DNA of 38,176 bases, from positions 1 to 38,176 of the forward strand of contig JAPEUG010000140.1 of NCBI GenBank assembly GCA_026025795.1, given 5' to 3'. Origin of the DNA: Thelocarpon superellum. Taxonomy: Eukaryota. A program made the translations under genes and the position numbers. Below the pieces are notes generated by a model. It was not told where the DNA came from, made no database searches, and worked only from the letters and a program-made list of their open reading frames with translations. Positions within the stretch are counted from its first letter, which is position 1. The number at the start of each line of letters is the position of its first letter. Below, one piece after another: positions 34,781-38,176 of this stretch.

Positions 34781-37259
34781 ATGATTGGGACCAAGACTCT
34801 CGTTGCAGCGCCGCGGTCGACCGTCGGTGCCCGGCCTCCGTCCAGACTTAAACTGGACCACACCTCGACGGGCCCGCACGAGCACCGGCACCTCTACTCG
34901 AGGTCCTATCCCTCTCCTCCCATGTCTGCATCGCCACAGCGCCCTGATGCCCGACGTGACGATCACCATGGTCTCCATCCCCGCCGGGGGGACCAACCGC
35001 CGTCGCAAGAGCTCGCCCTGACCGCTCTGCATGGACGAGCCGGCCGTGATGCCGTACCAGCGCGGCCTCCGGTCGGCCCGTCGGACACCACGCAATCGCC
35101 GTCGACCTCAGGATTCATCTGCTCGTCCGAGCAAGGCGATTCGTCTGGACCTTCCCACGGGCTTTCGTACACCACGAGAGCGCCGTTGACTGCGTCCTTT
35201 CCATCGGGCTCTCTCCAAGAGGAGCCGTCCAACGCTACCTCCTCCAAGGGCACCCGCCGAGCCAAGGCCCACGTCGCGTCGGCGTGCGTCAACTGCAAGA
35301 AGGCACATCTTGCCTGCGACGGTGAGTACGACGATGCGTTCTCAACTGATTGTGTTCTGCGTGGCATTGGCCATTCGTCTCGGGTGCTACACCACGCTAT
35401 CTTCCGAGGCTGGAATGCCATCGCCAGCTGCCTCTCCTCTTCTCTCTCCTCGTCTCTTCCCTCAATTGGTCACGCACACATCAGCTCTATTGTTCTATTG
35501 TCAGCGTGCTCGCTTCGCCTGTCTCGCCCACTCTGTCGGTCTCTCATTTCCCAGTGCGGTACCGCCCTGGGTGCCGCGCCACCGATCCTGCGGCCTTCGC
35601 ATCCCGCTGTTACTCTTTGCTTTATCCATCTCCGCTCTTGGGCAAGGCTGGGCGCACGACCGCGGCAACGACGGCCACCGAGGGTTCGTCCGTGCGCGTT
35701 GGTGGCGTTCTGACTTTTCCCACGTGGTCGAAAAACAAACTTTCGGCTGCTGAAACTTACCCCTGTCGCCACGTTGTTTCGTGCCAACCGGACTTCTTCC
35801 CGTATCTCGCCCTGCTCTCATGTCTGATCTACCCTATCATTGTCGTGTGGCTATCTTTCCTCCACGTGGCAACAGGAGACTAATGGACCGGGGTGTCGCG
35901 TGTTACAGCCGATCGACCTTGCCGAAGATGTTTGGGTTCCGGCAAGCAGGTAGGATGCCTGGCCAGCCAAACCTCGTCACCGCGTGCTAATGTCCGTGCC
36001 AGGATTCCTGCCTCGACGTGCAGCACCGGAAACGTGGACGGCCGCGCCTGCACGATGAGCGCGAAGCCTCCTATGCCGCTCCTGGGCCTGCTATGTTTGG
36101 TCCGGACGGCACGGCACGACCGCCACTGGATCCATCCGCCCCGTCGGCGCCGTCGCGCGGTGATCCTGGTCCGCGACACGCGCAGAGCGCCCTTCGTGTG
36201 GCCCCCGGGTCCGGCGGCGCACTCAATCCCGGCACGCGTGCTCGGCACCTTCACCATCCATCCCTGCCAGAGGCGCAGGGGACGGCACGGCCGGCACCTT
36301 CAGCGCGTGTCGATCCCACGCAGAGCCTGGCCGTGGCGTATCTCCACCCGGACTTGGTCTTTGCCAAAGCCAGCGCGAGCTTTTGCGACGCCCTGCACGC
36401 CCGGGACTTGGGGCTGGATGGCCGTAGCTTGCAAGACGTGGTCCAGCCGTCCGACTGGCCTAAGCTCGATCGTCTACGACGGGACCTCCACTTCGAGCGC
36501 GAGGCGCACCGCTCGCACCGCCTCCCGCCCATCTCTGGGCGGCGAGAAGACGAGGCGATCATGGCGGTGCGAGACGAGGATCTCGCTGAGGTCACCAGCG
36601 ACTTCATCGAGCGATCCGACGAGCTCGCCTTCCTCGTGGACGGTCACATCATCAAGTGCACCGTTCGTCTCCGCTTGGCTCAGACGTCCGTCTACTTTGT
36701 CGTCATGCTTTTGCCGGTGAACACGTCGCGCGGCCAGCTCGGTCGCGGGTCACTCTCGCCCTTTCCTCCGCCCCCATACGTAGGGCTGGCGACGCCGGGA
36801 CCCCCGCCCCTCATCTTCCCAGCGCATCCGCTCCCCGGCCGTCCTGTCGCACGTGGCTATTCGGACCCAAGTCCACATTCGTCTCGGGTGCCCTGGCGAG
36901 GGCGTACGGCGGGACTGCCATGGGGTGACTTTCACGGCCGGGTGGAATCGCCTGCCGGACCCCCCGGAGACCCGGTCCCGGGCGAGCCTTACCAGTCGAG
37001 CCCCGCCTTATCGTCTGCGCCCTCCCACCGCAGCGGGCCGTCGCTCCCACCCTCGGGGGTGACGACTCCTCGACGGCTCAGTGTGGCGTATGAAGCGCCG
37101 GGGCTGGCGCTCCAGTGGGACGTGCAGCTGGCTCCTATCCGAGGCCCTGTGCCTGGCTCCTCCGAATACCCGCCGCGCAGCCGGCCTCCCGCAACGGAGG
37201 CGACGGCGGCATCGCCACGCAAACGAAGTAGGGTGTCGGTTGAGGAGATGCTCGAGTGA
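34781..37259 (+). CDS. Zn(II)2Cys6 transcription factor with probable PAS-like C-terminal region (exons to 35321, 35909-35949, 36003-37259; true start may be 34323 or 34389)
   Basis: Spliced cluster HVASACVNCKKAHLACDADRPCRRCLGSGKQDSCLDVQHRKRGRPRL. N-terminal SYPSPPMS motif. Segment AVAYLHPDLVFAKASASFCDAL..GRSLQDVV is PAS-like by inference. Confidence 0.9.
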
Positions 37260-37823
37260 GTCAAAGTCGGTCGCATGGGTCCAAAGCAGGACATGATGCT
37301 CCCAACGAAGGAGCGAAGCGATGGCGTCGGTGCTCTATCCACGTTTTGATCTCCTCCCCGTTGCTGTCCGACAACCAAGCTATCCGTGTGCAACATTGGA
37401 AGGAGGATGTTGGCATCACGAGAGATTTTGTAAAGATACCCTCCACGTCTTTGTTTGAAGGGTCTTGACTGTTTCGCGTTGGGAAAACATGGTAGGGAAG
37501 GGCCGTTTCACTGCGTTGAATGTCTCCGGCGCGGGTCAGATCGATCGGTACGGGAGGGGGAAGGGGGATTTGCAGACAGAAAAGACCGGACGCGGTAGAT
37601 AGTTGACTGCGACTTTCTCCGCCGAACTATCAACGGACAGTATTCTACGCGCCCCGTCGCAACGCATCCCATCATAACCCAATCCTTTGTACGTCCTCGG
37701 TGGCCCTGGATCGATGGCCGCGCTCCGACAATTGGATATCGGGCACGCTGCAAGATCGGTGGGAGCGCTACCTGATGGACCTTCTTGACTACCGCGTCTG
37801 GTCAGTCCTGCACCCGCCCTCCC

Positions 37824-38058
37824 GTAGGAGGTAGATAGGAGGTAGATAGGAGGTAGATAGGAGGTAGGTAGGTAGGAGGTAGGCAGGTAGGAGGTCGATA
37901 AGTAGGGAGGAGGGAGGTAGGAGGTAGGTAGGTAGGAGGTAGATGGGTAGGAGGTAGGTAGGTAGGAGGTAGATAAGTAGGAGGTAGGTAGGTAGGAGGT
38001 AGGCCGGTAGGAGGTCGATAAGTAGGGAGGAGGGAGGTAGGTAGGTAGGAGGTAGGTA
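37824..38058. repeat. Purine-rich compound satellite (GGAGGTAGATA 11-mers, then ~15-bp GGAGGTAGGTAGGTA units with a 120-bp higher-order period)
   Basis: Directly visible. The block GGAGGTCGATAAGTAGGGAGGAGGGAGGTAG occurs at ~37890 and ~38010. Confidence 0.95.
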
Positions 38059-38176
38059 TCATACATGGATGCTGCACCCTAGCTGCCGGATAGATAGAAC
38101 CAAGAGACGCCGCCATGGGACAAAGCGAGCGAGCGAGCATCAATCAGCCCAACGGCTTCTGCTTCTTCTTCTTCTT

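Overview
Intron-containing, GC-rich filamentous ascomycete (Pezizomycotina-type) nuclear DNA; no prokaryotic features. From 0.6 to 22.6 kb lies a compact, mostly housekeeping block: an unrecognised secreted protein, a GT2-like membrane protein, MLH1, a GNAT acetyltransferase, IDI1, a MATE transporter, a DUF202 membrane protein, RPA2, DBP10 and peroxisomal Lon. From 22.6 to 34.3 kb is a gene-sparse region holding a secreted BBE-like FAD oxidase and an atypical CFEM protein. These two genes are bracketed by two ~145-bp direct repeats (about 82% identical by hand alignment) whose differences fall mostly in predicted loops or preserve pairing, which suggests a multicopy structured RNA or mobile element that I do not recognise; a possible third degenerate copy sits at the window start. 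A Zn2Cys6 transcription factor with long introns and a purine-rich satellite end the window. Two gene models require GC-AG introns. All exon structures were derived by hand from splice signals and family motifs; nothing was searched against databases.
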